A stretch of 64,000 bases of DNA from Epithemia pelagica (taxonomy: Eukaryota > Protista > Bacillariophyta). Positions within the stretch are counted from its first letter, which is position 1. The number at the start of each line of letters is the position of its first letter. Where the stretch lies: assembly GCA_946965045.2 (NCBI GenBank), contig OX337242.1, forward strand, positions 806,001-870,000, written 5' to 3'. The notes under the pieces are model-generated. The model saw only the letters and a list, made by a program, of their open reading frames with translations. It was not told the origin of the DNA and did not search any database. Below are positions 51,101 through 62,412 of the stretch, in pieces. Both the position numbers and the translations under genes were made by a program.

Positions 51101-53398
51101 GAAGAAGAACAACGACCAGAAGACTTTGAAGTGGGTCAGGATGAAATCGACATGTATGGAAGTGGAAAACACAAAAAAATGCTTCGCCAAAAAAACCGCC
51201 GGGATTTGCTCAATAATTCGCAAACGCCAACTCCACCGGAACGACAACGACGCATGATGGTACATTCCATGCCAGGCATTAATTTTGTCTTGCAACGTGT
51301 CGCACCCATGGCATCCATTGACGAGGCACAACGGGCTCAAACCATGGTTCATTGGTTGGAACGCCAACATCAATTCCCTCACCTCAAACCAACGCGTGAT
51401 ACGTACTTACATGCCCTGACGGCCTGGTGCACGGCCAAGAATCCGTCGCTAGCCGAAACGGCACTCGAAGAATTTTGCGACCATGTTGTGGAACAGCGTG
51501 AGCTACAACAAGAAGAAGGAAAAGAGGGAAAGGACACAAAATGGCAAACAGGGAACAGCAGTAGAATACAGAACCGGTCCCATTACAATGGCGATTCAAA
51601 GAAAACTGATTCGCTCCCTCTTGACCAGCGGCATGTCAATCTAGTCATGGAATCGTGGATGCACCAAAAGTTCCCACGGGCTGGTGAGAAGGCGGCTCGT
51701 GTCATGACACAGTTGGAGCGACTTGATTTGAAGCCCAACGCCAACACTTACAACACACTCTTGTGGGCATTGGCGAAATCGAACGAAACTAGCTTTCGTG
51801 AATTGCCCTCATCGAAAAAGATGCTTCGGAGATGGGAGAAGCCGGACAAGGTGTGGGAAAAGAATGAATACATGCAGCATGTATTCAGGAGGATGGACCA
51901 ACAATGGAAAGATGGGAGTGATCCCATGATGAAGCCGAATGAGACTACCTTTCACGCTCTCATTTATGGAATGTGCCAGTCCGGCAATCCAAAAGCGTTG
52001 CATGAAGTGGAACGTCTCTTGCGAGGTGGCACCATGCAACGAACCTATGACTTACAGCCCACGGTCAAAATGTACAATAGTCTCATGGCGGCATGGATGA
52101 AGTTGGGCAAGCCACACAAGGTCGAATCCGTTTTCAAAAAGCTTCAAGAACCACATGAACAAGCCGGAGCACTATCGTCGTCGAACAAAGACGTTGTGTT
52201 CTTAAAGCCCAGCGCCAATGCTCACACCACTCGATTGCAATCATGGTCCAAAGCCGGTGTTCCCGACCGCGCCTCGCAAGCGCTACGCGAATGGATCATG
52301 GCCGCACAACAGACCGACGACACGAACCATCAAATGAATCAACAAATTCTGCCTCCCGAAGAACTTCCCACCACACAAGCCTTTAATGCTGTCTTGCATG
52401 CATGGTTACGATCCAATCATCCCGAGGCTCCCGCCCGTATCGCCAATGGACTTCGACAAATGTACGAGTTGTCCGATTCTGGAAAATTTCAATGCCGTCC
52501 CGATTTGTTTTCCTATTCGACCGCCCTCTCCGCCCATGCCAAACATGCTCGCAAAGATCCCAATTCTGGAAAGTCTGCGAATAAAATCCTACAAAAGATG
52601 AAGCGAATTGCCAAGGGAGAACCGGAAAAAGACGACGACCCTGTGGAACAACAACATCCCGCCATGTCGCCAACGTACGCGATGGACAACACTCTGGCTT
52701 TACGGAACACTCAGCCAGGTACATTGACGACCAATAAAACCAAGATCCATGGCAAAAAGAAATCGAAAGCTCCAAAGCTGATCCCCAACAAGGAAATGGA
52801 ACCGGACTTGTTTGTGTACGCACATGTTATTTTTGCCTTACTTCGTTCCGCCGGCACCCAGCTCAGGACTCTTGCCAAGGACAGAGACGGCAATAATCCC
52901 TACATTCCAAGCAAACCACCGGGCTCGTGGGAATTGCAACGTGCCCAAATGCTGTTGGATGAACTGGAAGCTGTGGATACCAAAAAGTTTTGGCAAACCA
53001 AGACAACAGCCAAATTCATGGGACAAATTCATCAAGAATTGCAAAACCTACCACCGCCACCGGTGAGAACTCGTAGCATTCATAGTCCTTCGAGTGAATC
53101 CACCACCTGCGGAACAAAGGAAGACTACCGGCACTTGTGGAATGCCTTTCACAGGGCTGAAGACAAGGCCCGAAAGGTTGCCAAGATTCCCCCCATGGGA
53201 GCGATTCTCCATGAGCTCCAGCAGCAGCAAGAACAACGTCAACAATATCATCGTCAACAAAAAGCTCGTTCATCACAGCGGAAACCACACAATCGAGGAA
53301 GGCCGCATCCACACCCCCAACAACAGCATCGTCACTCTCAACGAGAAACGCCGCAACGACCCGAACGTCCGACAAAAGTACAGCACATGAATGACTAA
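48170..53398 (+). CDS. Large pentatricopeptide-repeat (PPR-like) protein, probably organellar (1742 aa)
   Basis: PNANTYNTLLWALAKS, PNETTFHALIYGMCQSG, PTVKMYNSLMAAWMKLG, PTTQAFNAVLHAW, PDLFSYSTALSA; R/S/T-rich transit-like N-terminus; poly-S/T/Q/D tracts. Confidence 0.88.
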   Translation: MTYYRRILLSRSSSCRRRPHRWTPHRWTTTTTMIPQPTTTTLGRTPWSLGFVHQPQGRPIRLAIQTLSTTTTGDKTSTLVQDNQNHNHDDKDQKAAAATTATTPTTSVPPLNLAVDPWSSCSSQRPTLPSSSSSSLPSSMPSFSSNPSASSSTSSASSSSFWQASTLQDRLSETPVGEVTIPQWSAAQTLLQSWIYHKPPSSHHYTTIHCTMIRLLDRMAMELEHHSNHNTATTTTTSRTLLTSVDPQLLEAMVLDWRNQLLSSSSSSSSTTMPLASGTTPLSPLSSSSTLSSTQLLSPVELWQRVQRYWHVGLVQPTAPHCNHVAALLLNAWKQQQQQQQQKSQTPEPFSSSSPSTTTTVEPLWTPPEWAHQNIYQYLHQPPAPPSFSSSGAATTTKNPNSTPTRSVPVHAAVVQELLELWWNHHAASAAAGSSSTSTTNAAAVAGRLYEYWHALQQDYTWATTTNPETAAVLRPTASMYCLVLEALCGGRHQYAAAAAHSGSTTQHSTQPQDTAVRSHQIQTLLRDMRQTCPPRELDARIHARLCQVLAQLPPHLATMTLTKPTTTTKSLAAAATTRTPSTLDELQSEYDSAMKFHSPTSTSAAFRDDEDDDDTSNGANARHRSTTLSYEHVGDAARNMLEDLCHRHYKACKNRFVTNPPRPNAHTLDPHDDSHPHQHVHDNRNSVVRFLRYQPTPQMVAWIWIAHARAGRPDAVMELYEAMKEWTTITQDPTLLPNRLAYAMALTWAYAQEGNESRAKTIVQNVIVNSYYRPHFYMNPLDPQDNDTSQEWLQRLPEGSEDDDDDDDTLQLEEGTAAAGATTLLDDGTNKHLREAVEEEYDEEDDDDDEEEEEEEFDDGMFFDNDDDEEDEDYGTKGAGEDDEDDDDDEDEDDILTRYNVADWYIPDRDHDHPHRGNRTDGLALRSSYSSSAPPAWQAVLSAWETAANVDNPNNPHQTFVRRYYRVWVNRLLSFMEEEQRPEDFEVGQDEIDMYGSGKHKKMLRQKNRRDLLNNSQTPTPPERQRRMMVHSMPGINFVLQRVAPMASIDEAQRAQTMVHWLERQHQFPHLKPTRDTYLHALTAWCTAKNPSLAETALEEFCDHVVEQRELQQEEGKEGKDTKWQTGNSSRIQNRSHYNGDSKKTDSLPLDQRHVNLVMESWMHQKFPRAGEKAARVMTQLERLDLKPNANTYNTLLWALAKSNETSFRELPSSKKMLRRWEKPDKVWEKNEYMQHVFRRMDQQWKDGSDPMMKPNETTFHALIYGMCQSGNPKALHEVERLLRGGTMQRTYDLQPTVKMYNSLMAAWMKLGKPHKVESVFKKLQEPHEQAGALSSSNKDVVFLKPSANAHTTRLQSWSKAGVPDRASQALREWIMAAQQTDDTNHQMNQQILPPEELPTTQAFNAVLHAWLRSNHPEAPARIANGLRQMYELSDSGKFQCRPDLFSYSTALSAHAKHARKDPNSGKSANKILQKMKRIAKGEPEKDDDPVEQQHPAMSPTYAMDNTLALRNTQPGTLTTNKTKIHGKKKSKAPKLIPNKEMEPDLFVYAHVIFALLRSAGTQLRTLAKDRDGNNPYIPSKPPGSWELQRAQMLLDELEAVDTKKFWQTKTTAKFMGQIHQELQNLPPPPVRTRSIHSPSSESTTCGTKEDYRHLWNAFHRAEDKARKVAKIPPMGAILHELQQQQEQRQQYHRQQKARSSQRKPHNRGRPHPHPQQQHRHSQRETPQRPERPTKVQHMND

Positions 53399-53965
53399 AA
53401 CATCGACTCTATTGCTCCGATGGAACAATGAAACATGACTGGACGATTGCGAGTGTGTACCGTAGTGGCAGGAAGGCCGTTAAATGGCACTTTGACAAAC
53501 ATTCTATAAAGGAAGAAGTCTATAGAGATCGTTTGGTAATGCCCGTGGTCTTGTTGTTAGAAATCGGTTTACGGCATGGATCGGTCCATACGAAAACTCT
53601 ACCAGAGTACTACCTAGAAACAAAGAAACTTGGATCACATAGTAGAGTGGAGGACAGTGGTTACACAAGATATTCGTTTACCTTCATGTGAAACGAAAGC
53701 AACAGTTTCGTTCCAGCTGTCGTTCCTGGTGGAGCAGTACGTGTTTGGTTACAGAGACTGAATCATGTGTGCCCACACGTTTCGCGCGTCATGGAATCCT
53801 CACGGCACTTTGAAAGAAAGCGCATTGAGGGTGTGGTGGAACAGTAAGACCCTGCGGACAGGAAGTGTGGTGGTGGGGGCATATGGACAACTGTGTTGTT
53901 GTTGTTGTTGGAAATGACATTGTTCCATGACGCGCAAGAAAACTGATTCCATGTTTCTGCTTTGT

Positions 53966-55786
53966 TTAGGTTGCGTCCGAAGGAGAGGTGCTGCTTCCGG
54001 GTGGTGGTGATTGGGTCTGCTGCCGTAAGACGGCCCAAATTCCCGTTTTACTTTCGACACGGATCAGACCGGCCACAACTTGAGTGGCCATAAAGGCGGC
54101 CAAGGCCCACCAAATTTGTGCAATGGACAGACTGCCCGTCGTTTGTCGAACGATGGCCAAGGTCGTCAAACACGCAATATTGGCCATCCACATGACCGTC
54201 ATGGAATAGACCCAATCCAATCCTCCCATGACAATTCCATTGACGGGATAGGCCAATCCTTTGAGGACTTGCGTAATCAAGACAACGGGAAAAATTAAGA
54301 GGGCAGCCTGTTGAATGGCAGGATTGGTGGTCAATCCGGCCACGACGGCATGTCGACGAATCCATGTGAGGAGAGACAAGAGGAAGGCGACCATACCACC
54401 CGACCACAAGGAGGTTTGAATCAAGTGTCGGACAATGCGACTCTTTTTGTTCTTGGGTGTCCTGGTCGAGGACAATTCTCGAGCTAGTAAGGTTTGGACA
54501 GCAACGGCCACGGCTTCACAAATTTGTGTCGTGGCGACACCCAGTTGAAAGGTGAGATTGTAGGCGGCCGCTGCCACAGATCCCAAGACGGCCGCTTGTC
54601 GGGCACAAATGGTATAGGCCAAGACTTTACCGACGGTACGGACCAAGACCAATCCACCGGCACGGACATATTGTTGCAAACTTTGTTTCAAGGCGGGCCA
54701 CTGACCGGCAATGCGAATGGGTACTCGTCGATGCAAGGCCAACAACAAGGGAATCAAGGCGATATATTGTGCCAGAGCCGTACCGGCGGCGGCACCCGAA
54801 GCGCCCCATTTCGCCACAAAAATGAAGAGAGGATCCAAAATACCATTGAGGGAACAAAAGACCAAACTATAGACCAAGGGAGTTGTGGTATCGCCCAACC
54901 CCCGAAAAGTACCATTGGTGACCAACCACAATGTGGCGGCCGGAGTCCCCACGGCTCGCAGTTGCAAATACGACACGGCCGAATGCCACATGGACGAAGC
55001 CGGTGTCAAGCCCATGGATCGTGTAATACCGCGACAAAAGACGGTATAAATCACCAATTGGACCAAGCCGACCGTCGTGGCCAACAACAAGGCGGAACTC
55101 ACGGCAATACTCAACTCGTTCGTGGCTTGTTGTTCTTGTTCTTGTGCATCTGGTAATGACTGTTCTTCCGTGCCATTGGATGCGGTGGTCGTGGTTGTGG
55201 TTGTGGGTTGTTGACTGGCCACGAGAGAAATGCTGGTTCGTAAGAGGGGATCGTTGTAGAGTTTGGACACGGCATAATGGGCGGAAATGGCCACTCCGGC
55301 ACCTCCCAAAATTTCTGGTCCCAACCGTCCCAAATACGCCGTATCCATGAGGGCTGCCAAGGGTTCGGCCGCCAATTGAATCAAGGCGGGACCACCAATC
55401 GTGACAAATTCACGCGTCAATCCACGACGTTCGTCGCGGGTCAAACCAGTTTCGTCGGGTCCAGTGTCATCATTCTTCTGGTGGGCGTCGGCGGAACTGT
55501 GCAACCACGTTGCAGCTCGATCTGGACAAGGACCACCAGCAGATTTTCGGCCCACCACACTCCAGGAAAGGCCACAGGGGGACCGTGACGGGTAGTGGTG
55601 GTGGTTCCTTTGGAGGAGAGAGCGGCTCGTCCGTGATATCGAAAAGGCTGTCACGACGACCAAGTTGGGTAGTACGGTTGTTGTTGTGGAATCATAGATG
55701 CAGAGTACGCAGCAAATCCATGCCAATAATCGCCTATGGTCCAAGAACGAATGCAAGAATTGAGCCTGGTTCCTTCTCATGGTCAT
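53966..55786 (-). CDS. MATE (DinF-like) efflux transporter, possibly plastid-targeted
   Basis: LAAEPLAALMDTAYLGRLG, YLQLRAVGTPA, GTFRGLGDTTTPL, LDPLFIF, GAAAGTALAQY; ~12 TM segments; VTA-FSIS ASAFAP-like motif. Confidence 0.92.
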   Translation of the reverse strand: MTMRRNQAQFLHSFLDHRRLLAWICCVLCIYDSTTTTVLPNLVVVTAFSISRTSRSLLQRNHHHYPSRSPCGLSWSVVGRKSAGGPCPDRAATWLHSSADAHQKNDDTGPDETGLTRDERRGLTREFVTIGGPALIQLAAEPLAALMDTAYLGRLGPEILGGAGVAISAHYAVSKLYNDPLLRTSISLVASQQPTTTTTTTASNGTEEQSLPDAQEQEQQATNELSIAVSSALLLATTVGLVQLVIYTVFCRGITRSMGLTPASSMWHSAVSYLQLRAVGTPAATLWLVTNGTFRGLGDTTTPLVYSLVFCSLNGILDPLFIFVAKWGASGAAAGTALAQYIALIPLLLALHRRVPIRIAGQWPALKQSLQQYVRAGGLVLVRTVGKVLAYTICARQAAVLGSVAAAAYNLTFQLGVATTQICEAVAVAVQTLLARELSSTRTPKNKKSRIVRHLIQTSLWSGGMVAFLLSLLTWIRRHAVVAGLTTNPAIQQAALLIFPVVLITQVLKGLAYPVNGIVMGGLDWVYSMTVMWMANIACLTTLAIVRQTTGSLSIAQIWWALAAFMATQVVAGLIRVESKTGIWAVLRQQTQSPPPGSSTSPSDAT

Positions 55787-57770
55787 GGTTGCCCTTTAGA
55801 TATCATAGATGATGGAATCGAATGAAGGGTGATGGCATCGGAATTTTTTTCGGTGCGTACGAGCGCGTCTAAAAGCGACCAGAGGTCGCTCATAGGGATC
55901 CGACTCAACTATGGCGTGCGAATGCGATATGGAGATAGAGGCATCCCGTACGAATACCTCTGCGTCTGCGTGCTTGTTACACTCCTATCTATCCCTAGCA
56001 AGACGAACCAGAATCCTCGAATGTGTGGATATCAGACCTTGTTCATATAGTGTTTAGTGTTGTTTTCTGGATAGATGTGTGTGGTTCACATTCCTTCCAA
56101 AACGACGCACGGCCTAAGGTTACCTAGGTAGACGTAGACCAGATCTAACGACCAAGAAGACGATGAGAACCAAAGAGAGAGGGGGTCGCAAACGAAAAGG
56201 ATAGCAAGATGTCTCCATGGTTTTTCTTTGTCCAAGTTGGAGAGAGGCAAGGGTCACCATTATTTCCCTTTGTGTGTTAATCATCGACTTGAATGAGTCC
56301 GTTTTTGTGGGGCAAGCCACTCCCCCTCCGCGAATAAATTCTTATTCTCCTGTTTTCCTTCAAGTACGTACATTCTCATGTCTCCTTCATTTTCATTGCA
56401 GTGTCGATGAGCTAGGTAGTACTGACTCTTCGGCGCATAGCGATGGATTCTAGAGAGGTAACTAAACGAGTGTTTGGACATGGCGGGACAATGTTGCGGC
56501 CAAGAACGACTTTGGTCGATGGGTCCCGTTCGATGGGAACTTGATCATTGTGTATGGCGAACGTTTGCATGGCGTCCTCGTTCGCAGGTCGTCAGCAGTG
56601 TTAGTCATCCCAGAGTCCTCAACGTTCGACCACATATCGTTACGAACCTTGAAGCTGTGGGTTCTCGAGCTGGATATCGATTATCGATAGGAGAAGAGAG
56701 AAAGAGGCAGCCTGTTTTCGCCATCTGCCACGTTCACGAGATCTCGGGAGGTGTCTGGAGACGAGAAGAGGAGGCGGATGACGGGTCCATAATAAGATAT
56801 AGCAAAAGCTCGAGTCTCTACACTCTTAGCGACAATTTCACTCGTCTCGCTACGATTAGGTAGTAGGTAGACAAATCTCGTCGGACGGTGATCGATCGAT
56901 CGTATGTGTTTTTTGTATGTGTTTTGTTTGTGAGTTTTTCATGTTACACATAACACATTCCCCCTTTGATGGTGATCGTGCGACTTGGGAATCCCTCCTT
57001 CCTATTTCCGATCTCCTCTAGGTCAATGTTTGGACCAAGCTCCATGAGCCCCCAAACCCCAAATGGTAGAGCACACATGCCCTTAGCAGATGGCATCGGA
57101 ATTCGTTCACCAATCACCACATGTGAACTCTATCACTCGTTGCACGTTAATGCGCGAGGCTCAAACCCTTCATGAAGGACTGGGCCAGCCTACAATGCAG
57201 TGTATCGCCTCTAGGTAGTAGGCGTGATACGACCAAGAAGTATCGATTATCGATCAATTATTCTCCGGATAAGGCGACCACGATCATGTGAGAGGCAAAA
57301 AGAGTACGAATACTACAGCCGAACCGCGTTGGAGAGTCCCGACCATCCGAAATGGACCATGGACCATGGTGGAACTGGAATCACGATGCGCGAGCATGGG
57401 AGTCCCGCGCATTGGAGGACGTAGCGCATAGCCGCCTCCTCTAGAACACTCGTCAACGTCAACGACAACGCCTCTTCTTGGTAAGTCATAATGGTAATGC
57501 AAGCGCCTCGCCAGCATGCATACATGTGGACTGGATACTGGATGTGCTTACTTGTTCGTATCTACTCTCCACGAACACGAATACATTCATATCTCTGATC
57601 TCTGGGTTCTGGATAGTGAATGGCGTAGCTAGAGAGCATTGTTGCCGCTGGCGCCGCGCCTGCAGGTACAGTGGAATCACGAATCACGGAACAGATTAGC
57701 CAGTGACAAACAACGACAGAAGAACCCAGTATGGAGAATCGCGAAAGCCTCTCTTCCACTCGAAATAATA

Positions 57771-58041
57771 TCTACCGTAATATCCGGTAGATAAGCTCCA
57801 GCGGAAGTTAAGCTCCAGTAGTCATTTTGTGTGTACATTTTCAATTCTTTCTCGCTCTAAGGGAGTAACGTACTAATGGAACATATAGTGAGAAACTGCA
57901 GTAAAAGGATAGACTAGGCGCCAAAATTGACGGAATCCTACTTTTCAATAATACTCCTAGTAGTTTTTCGGAAGTTAAGCTCCACCACCCAGTGTTTTCA
58001 TGGACATTCCGTGGTGCTTATCTACCGGATATTACGGTAGA
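57771..58041. mobile_element. Candidate MITE (271 bp) with perfect 26-bp terminal inverted repeats
   Basis: TCTACCGTAATATCCGGTAGATAAGC at 57771-57796 and its exact reverse complement at 58016-58041; internal 16-bp direct repeat CGGAAGTTAAGCTCCA (57802, 57969); non-coding; no clear TSD. Confidence 0.6.
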
Positions 58042-58332
58042 ATCAATCTTGTTTGCGACGCCTCCTGGTTGCACGATAAAAGCATTGTCGCGTTATTCGA
58101 TTGCTTTCTCAAAAGTTGACACTTTCGCCACATACTGCCTCTTCGCAATTTTTTGGTTGTTCCAAGGAAAACAACACTATCAGCCGACCCATCATTTTCC
58201 CCCCTTCTCGTCCCATTCTCATTTCTTCTCCTCGTCTTCTTCTTCAGTTTATTGCTTGTCACTTGTCAACGCATTCGCGTCGTCACAAAACCCAGGTAAC
58301 CTTTTTCTCATTCACATCCAACGAACTGAACC

Positions 58333-59016
58333 ATGTCATCCGCCGCCACTTGCACATCTTCGTCGACACCACACGCTGATTCGACGCTTCCGACGACCGA
58401 CGACATCAGCTCCACACCGGTTGTGGAGATTCCTCAAGAATATACCTGTCCCATTACCCAAGAACTCATGGTGGATCCAGTCATTAGTCGATACGGTCAA
58501 TCCTACGAACGCAAGGCGATTATTGAATGGTTGGCATCGGGGACGCACGACTGTCCCTTGACGCGACAACCTCTCAGTTTGGCCAATCTGGTCACCAATC
58601 ATCGCTTGCGTGCTCAAATTGAAGGGTGGTGTGATCGGCAAGGCATGGTCAGTCCCATTGAAGCTCAAAAACAACTCAAGCGACTGCAAAAACAAAAGGC
58701 CAAACAAGAACAAGGCGGAAGCGCCAGTGACATGGACGAAGAAGAAAGCAGTGACGAAGAAGAATTTGTCTGTCACGCCTTTTTGGATCTACCGGGCATG
58801 CTTGGCAAGGCTGGTGCTGCTGCTACCGATGGAAGTACCGATCGTTTGTCTGACGATGGGGAAGAACTCACCGAAGTGCGGGTGCGACGCGTTGTCGTGG
58901 TACCACCTTCTGTGGAACGCCAAAGCAATACTTACCGAAGCAATACCGATACGGCCGAACAACAACAGAAACGACGATCCTTCTTGTCCCGATGGAGAAG
59001 ACGGGCTTCCTCCTAA
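58333..59016 (+). CDS. U-box domain protein (E3 ubiquitin ligase-like, 227 aa)
   Basis: IPQEYTCPITQELMVDPV...GQSYERKAIIEWL...CPLTRQPL...LVTNHRLRAQIEGW. Confidence 0.93.
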   Translation: MSSAATCTSSSTPHADSTLPTTDDISSTPVVEIPQEYTCPITQELMVDPVISRYGQSYERKAIIEWLASGTHDCPLTRQPLSLANLVTNHRLRAQIEGWCDRQGMVSPIEAQKQLKRLQKQKAKQEQGGSASDMDEEESSDEEEFVCHAFLDLPGMLGKAGAAATDGSTDRLSDDGEELTEVRVRRVVVVPPSVERQSNTYRSNTDTAEQQQKRRSFLSRWRRRASS

Positions 59017-59746
59017 GGGGTGCCATGGAGATGTCTGTACAGTCTTTTTGTCTCTTTGTTCTAAAGTCGTTCCGGAAGGAGATGTTTCTTTTCGTTCCAG
59101 GAATGGAATGCGCTACCGATTGCTAATTCTACTACTTCTTCTTGCCAATGGGTGTGTGTGTGATCCTGTAATATCTTGTTCCCGTGGCGGTTTCGAACTT
59201 CATGGTGTCGCAGGACCGAGACGAACCGTCTTGTCACAGAGCCCACCGTGACATACTGGAAGATGTGGTACCTACTTTCTAATAATAGCTAGCAACAATA
59301 GAGGACGGGATAGAACCTCGATACTAACTATATAACAATACTTGTGGCCTTTTCATTTTCAAAAGGATTGTTGCCTCGAACGATGAAGAGGAATAGGGCC
59401 AGTTTTAACTCTACTTTTATCGCTGATCGCCATACTGTGGGGATCCATCCAACGTCGACCTTTACACCGCAAACCCAATATCTCCATTTCACAATTCCCA
59501 CCAAGTCGAACACAAAAACACTGTGTACAAGGACGACTTTTCTTCTCCTCTCCAATTCTGCCCGCCAAACAAGAACTACACCAGGAACTGGGATAGTGTC
59601 GGACCATTGACGGTGGTTGTCGCAAGAGCTTCGCAGAGCATTTTAAAGCGTTTAACGGGTCTCCCAAGTTTGCAGAGAACTTTTTGCAGAATTCCTTCTC
59701 ATGGCTTGTTCGAATGGATGGGGTGTTGTCTTGGTTCACCATACGA

Positions 59747-61860
59747 TTACCCGCGATCCACATAGACATATTGGATCTTATCGTAATCCAGACCCATACG
59801 GTTGCTTCTCAAGGCTGGCAAAAATTCCTGCATCATGGGTCGTCCCACAAATTTACACAAGTTATGTTCGACCCTTTGTTCTTTGGTATGAATTCCAAAG
59901 GTTTCAAAGAATTTGGTCGTCGTCCGGACTTGGCCCAATCCATACGTGTGCAACTCGTCATGAGGCCATTCCGATGGCGGATACTCCCGAGGGGCCATGC
60001 CAATAATGGTATTGAGTCGTTTCATGGCTGCCGTCCCGGCACCATGGTACAAATGATTGTTTTCCCAAAACATGGGAACCGTCCGACGCTTATGCGTTGT
60101 GTCCTGGGAGGCGTAAATGTGAAAACACGTTCCTCGTTCCGCTGTGTATCATAATAATAATATCCAATCCAAAACAGGGGCGGACAACAGTTGTCAGGGG
60201 TGTCGTCGGAATTGAGAAAAGATGCAGCGTGAGTAGTCGTTCGTTGGCCAGTGGCATGTTTGTCTCCTTTCCTTTGTGGTACAAGATCATGGGAGGAGAA
60301 CTCAAGTTGGTACTTACGAGTATAATAGTCGTATCCGTATGTGAACCCTCGCAATCCAATGGATATTTCTTCCCTGTACACAAATGTTCATCCAACCAAA
60401 TGATACCAGATAAGAGACGATCCAGCAAGAGGGAGGATTCATGGAGTGAGCACGTTTCCAATGAATAAAGAATGATACACCACCCAATAATAGAATACGT
60501 ACCCTTGAAAGATCATGGGTAGATATTGATCGTACGGCACTTGCAAGACAAAATGTCCTCGCGCAAAACTATATCCAGCTGCCCAAAAGGGTTCCAGGAC
60601 AGGTTGTCCATGAATGCCAGGAACTCCTTCTGGTTGCTGTCCATGTCGCAAATGTCTGTTTTCTCCCCCACCTTCATAGTCGGATTTGCACATAATGGGT
60701 CGCGACGCACTAAGACCGACATGGGTGACCGGGTCAATCCGCTTGTGAATGTCCGACAAGTACGCTGTCAACACGGCATATTCATTGTTGGCGGACTTCC
60801 ATTGCCGAATAATGTCATCATCCCAATCTTGAGTAAATCGGACATGCGAATCGACTTGCATGGCATAATATTCTCCTCGATACATGCGATGAGCCAAATG
60901 TCGGGCAAAGACGGGTCCGACGGCCAATTGAGCATCCAAATGATAATAATCCATCAAGTGACGGTATTTACACAAAACTTGGTCCGGATCTTGACTGCAG
61001 GGAGTAGGTGGTGTCAAACAGGGTTCATCCGTGCCCGAAATGGATTGGTCAATGACCGCCACTCGAATGCGTTCGGGATATTTGGCACGTTCGTAGATAT
61101 CTTGCACCGTCGGAGTACATTCGTAATCCCGATAGCTTGCCACACTGCAATAAATGGTTTCTCGCATGGACGATTCGTCGTCTTTTTCTCCCGTGGCCGC
61201 CACCTTGGCATAGGATCCAATCATGGAGGCTTCTTGCGGTGTCATGATGCGAGTGCCATTGCCCAAAAATTCTCGCACCGAATGACTGGCATTGTACACA
61301 GACGCATAGACGTCTCCCCAGAATTGAGGAACCACGAGAGATCGCGGAATATTCTGAGGAATTTGGGAGGGATCGTTCACCAATTCCAATCCAGGATGAC
61401 GAATCGTTTCCATATCGGCCTTGGTCACATGCAAAGGAAAAGAATGATGCTGCATTTCTTCCACGTTCGTAATCGTACGACTACGACTGAAAGCTTGTCC
61501 ATTGGTCTTGCGAGGAGATGCGTTCTGAGATTTGGGTTGGAGAGGATGATCCTCCAAGGTTCGAACGACCTGGCTGGGAGGAGAGTCCTGCTTCAGCTCC
61601 TGTTGGTCCGATGGAGGACTTGGATGATGATTGCGTGAGAGTTTTTCATACGTCAAAAGCGTCACCATCATATAAATGACCAACAAGGTCAAAAAGGCAT
61701 ACAAATAGGGACGATCCAATTGACTACTGACAGTCGATGCCGCACTGGGAGCATTCCGTCGTCGACTGCGATGCGTCCGAGAGGACTTGGACTTGCGTCC
61801 ACTGCCGCCATTGGTGGGGACAGTGACGGAAGGCGCCGGAACCGTCGATGGCAACAACAT
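59747..61860 (-). CDS. Type II membrane GlcNAc-transferase of the Gnt1/Skp1-hydroxyproline GlcNAcT-like family, 3 exons (61860-60523, 60373-60318, 60140-59747)
   Basis: SVASYRD.EC, GPVFARH, MQVDSHVRF..DWD, PFWAAGYSF, VPYD..LPMIFQG|EEISIGLRGFTYGYDYYT|PERG; GT-AG introns 60522-60374 and 60317-60141 restore the frame; N-terminal TM segment. Confidence 0.88.
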
Positions 61861-62185
61861 AATCCCTTTTCTTCCTTTCTTTCTTGGAGTGTGTTGGTTC
61901 GCAATCAAGTCAATGGACGAATCTGCTCTCTCTCAACAAACAAGTCCAAGAACCAAGAACAGTTGATCGTCGTCGTCGATCGGGAATGAGAATGACTTTC
62001 GGTCACGTTTAGTGGATGGAAGACTGACCACGCGATATGTGAACGATTAAAGTTACTCTCTAGCGATTTTTTGTTGAGATGCATCCTCTCTTTACCCCGA
62101 AATCTGTCTCATACGCGACCACATCATTGATCCTGATTGGGAGTAAAACGTGCGGTTTCCCCAAACGCATCCCGCAAATCCACTT

Positions 62186-62294
62186 GGCCTTTGTATTGTT
62201 CCTTTTGTCCATCCTTGTTGTATTGTTCATTCATTGTTCCGGCCTTTGTATTGTTCCTTTTGTCCATCCTTGTTGTATTGTTCATTCATTGTTC
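62186..62294. repeat. Perfect 54-bp tandem duplication (period 55) upstream of the last gene
   Basis: GGCCTTTGTATTGTTCCTTTTGTCCATCCTTGTTGTATTGTTCATTCATTGTTC at 62186 and 62241. Confidence 0.9.
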
Positions 62295-62412
62295 ATTGAT
62301 CTCTTGTGTATTGCTTGCTTGTCTCTCGGTTCTTGTTTGTTTGTTGATTGTTTGGATTCCACCTATGATTCCCTTGGGTCACGCACGCCCCAAGTCTGGC
62401 TTGGCCTATCGG

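Noticed and set aside
56100-57700. Recurrent TAGGTAG words and short ORFs in the MATE/U-box intergenic region
   Set aside because: A low-complexity motif scattered across the window with no regular spacing; the ORFs lack coding signatures.
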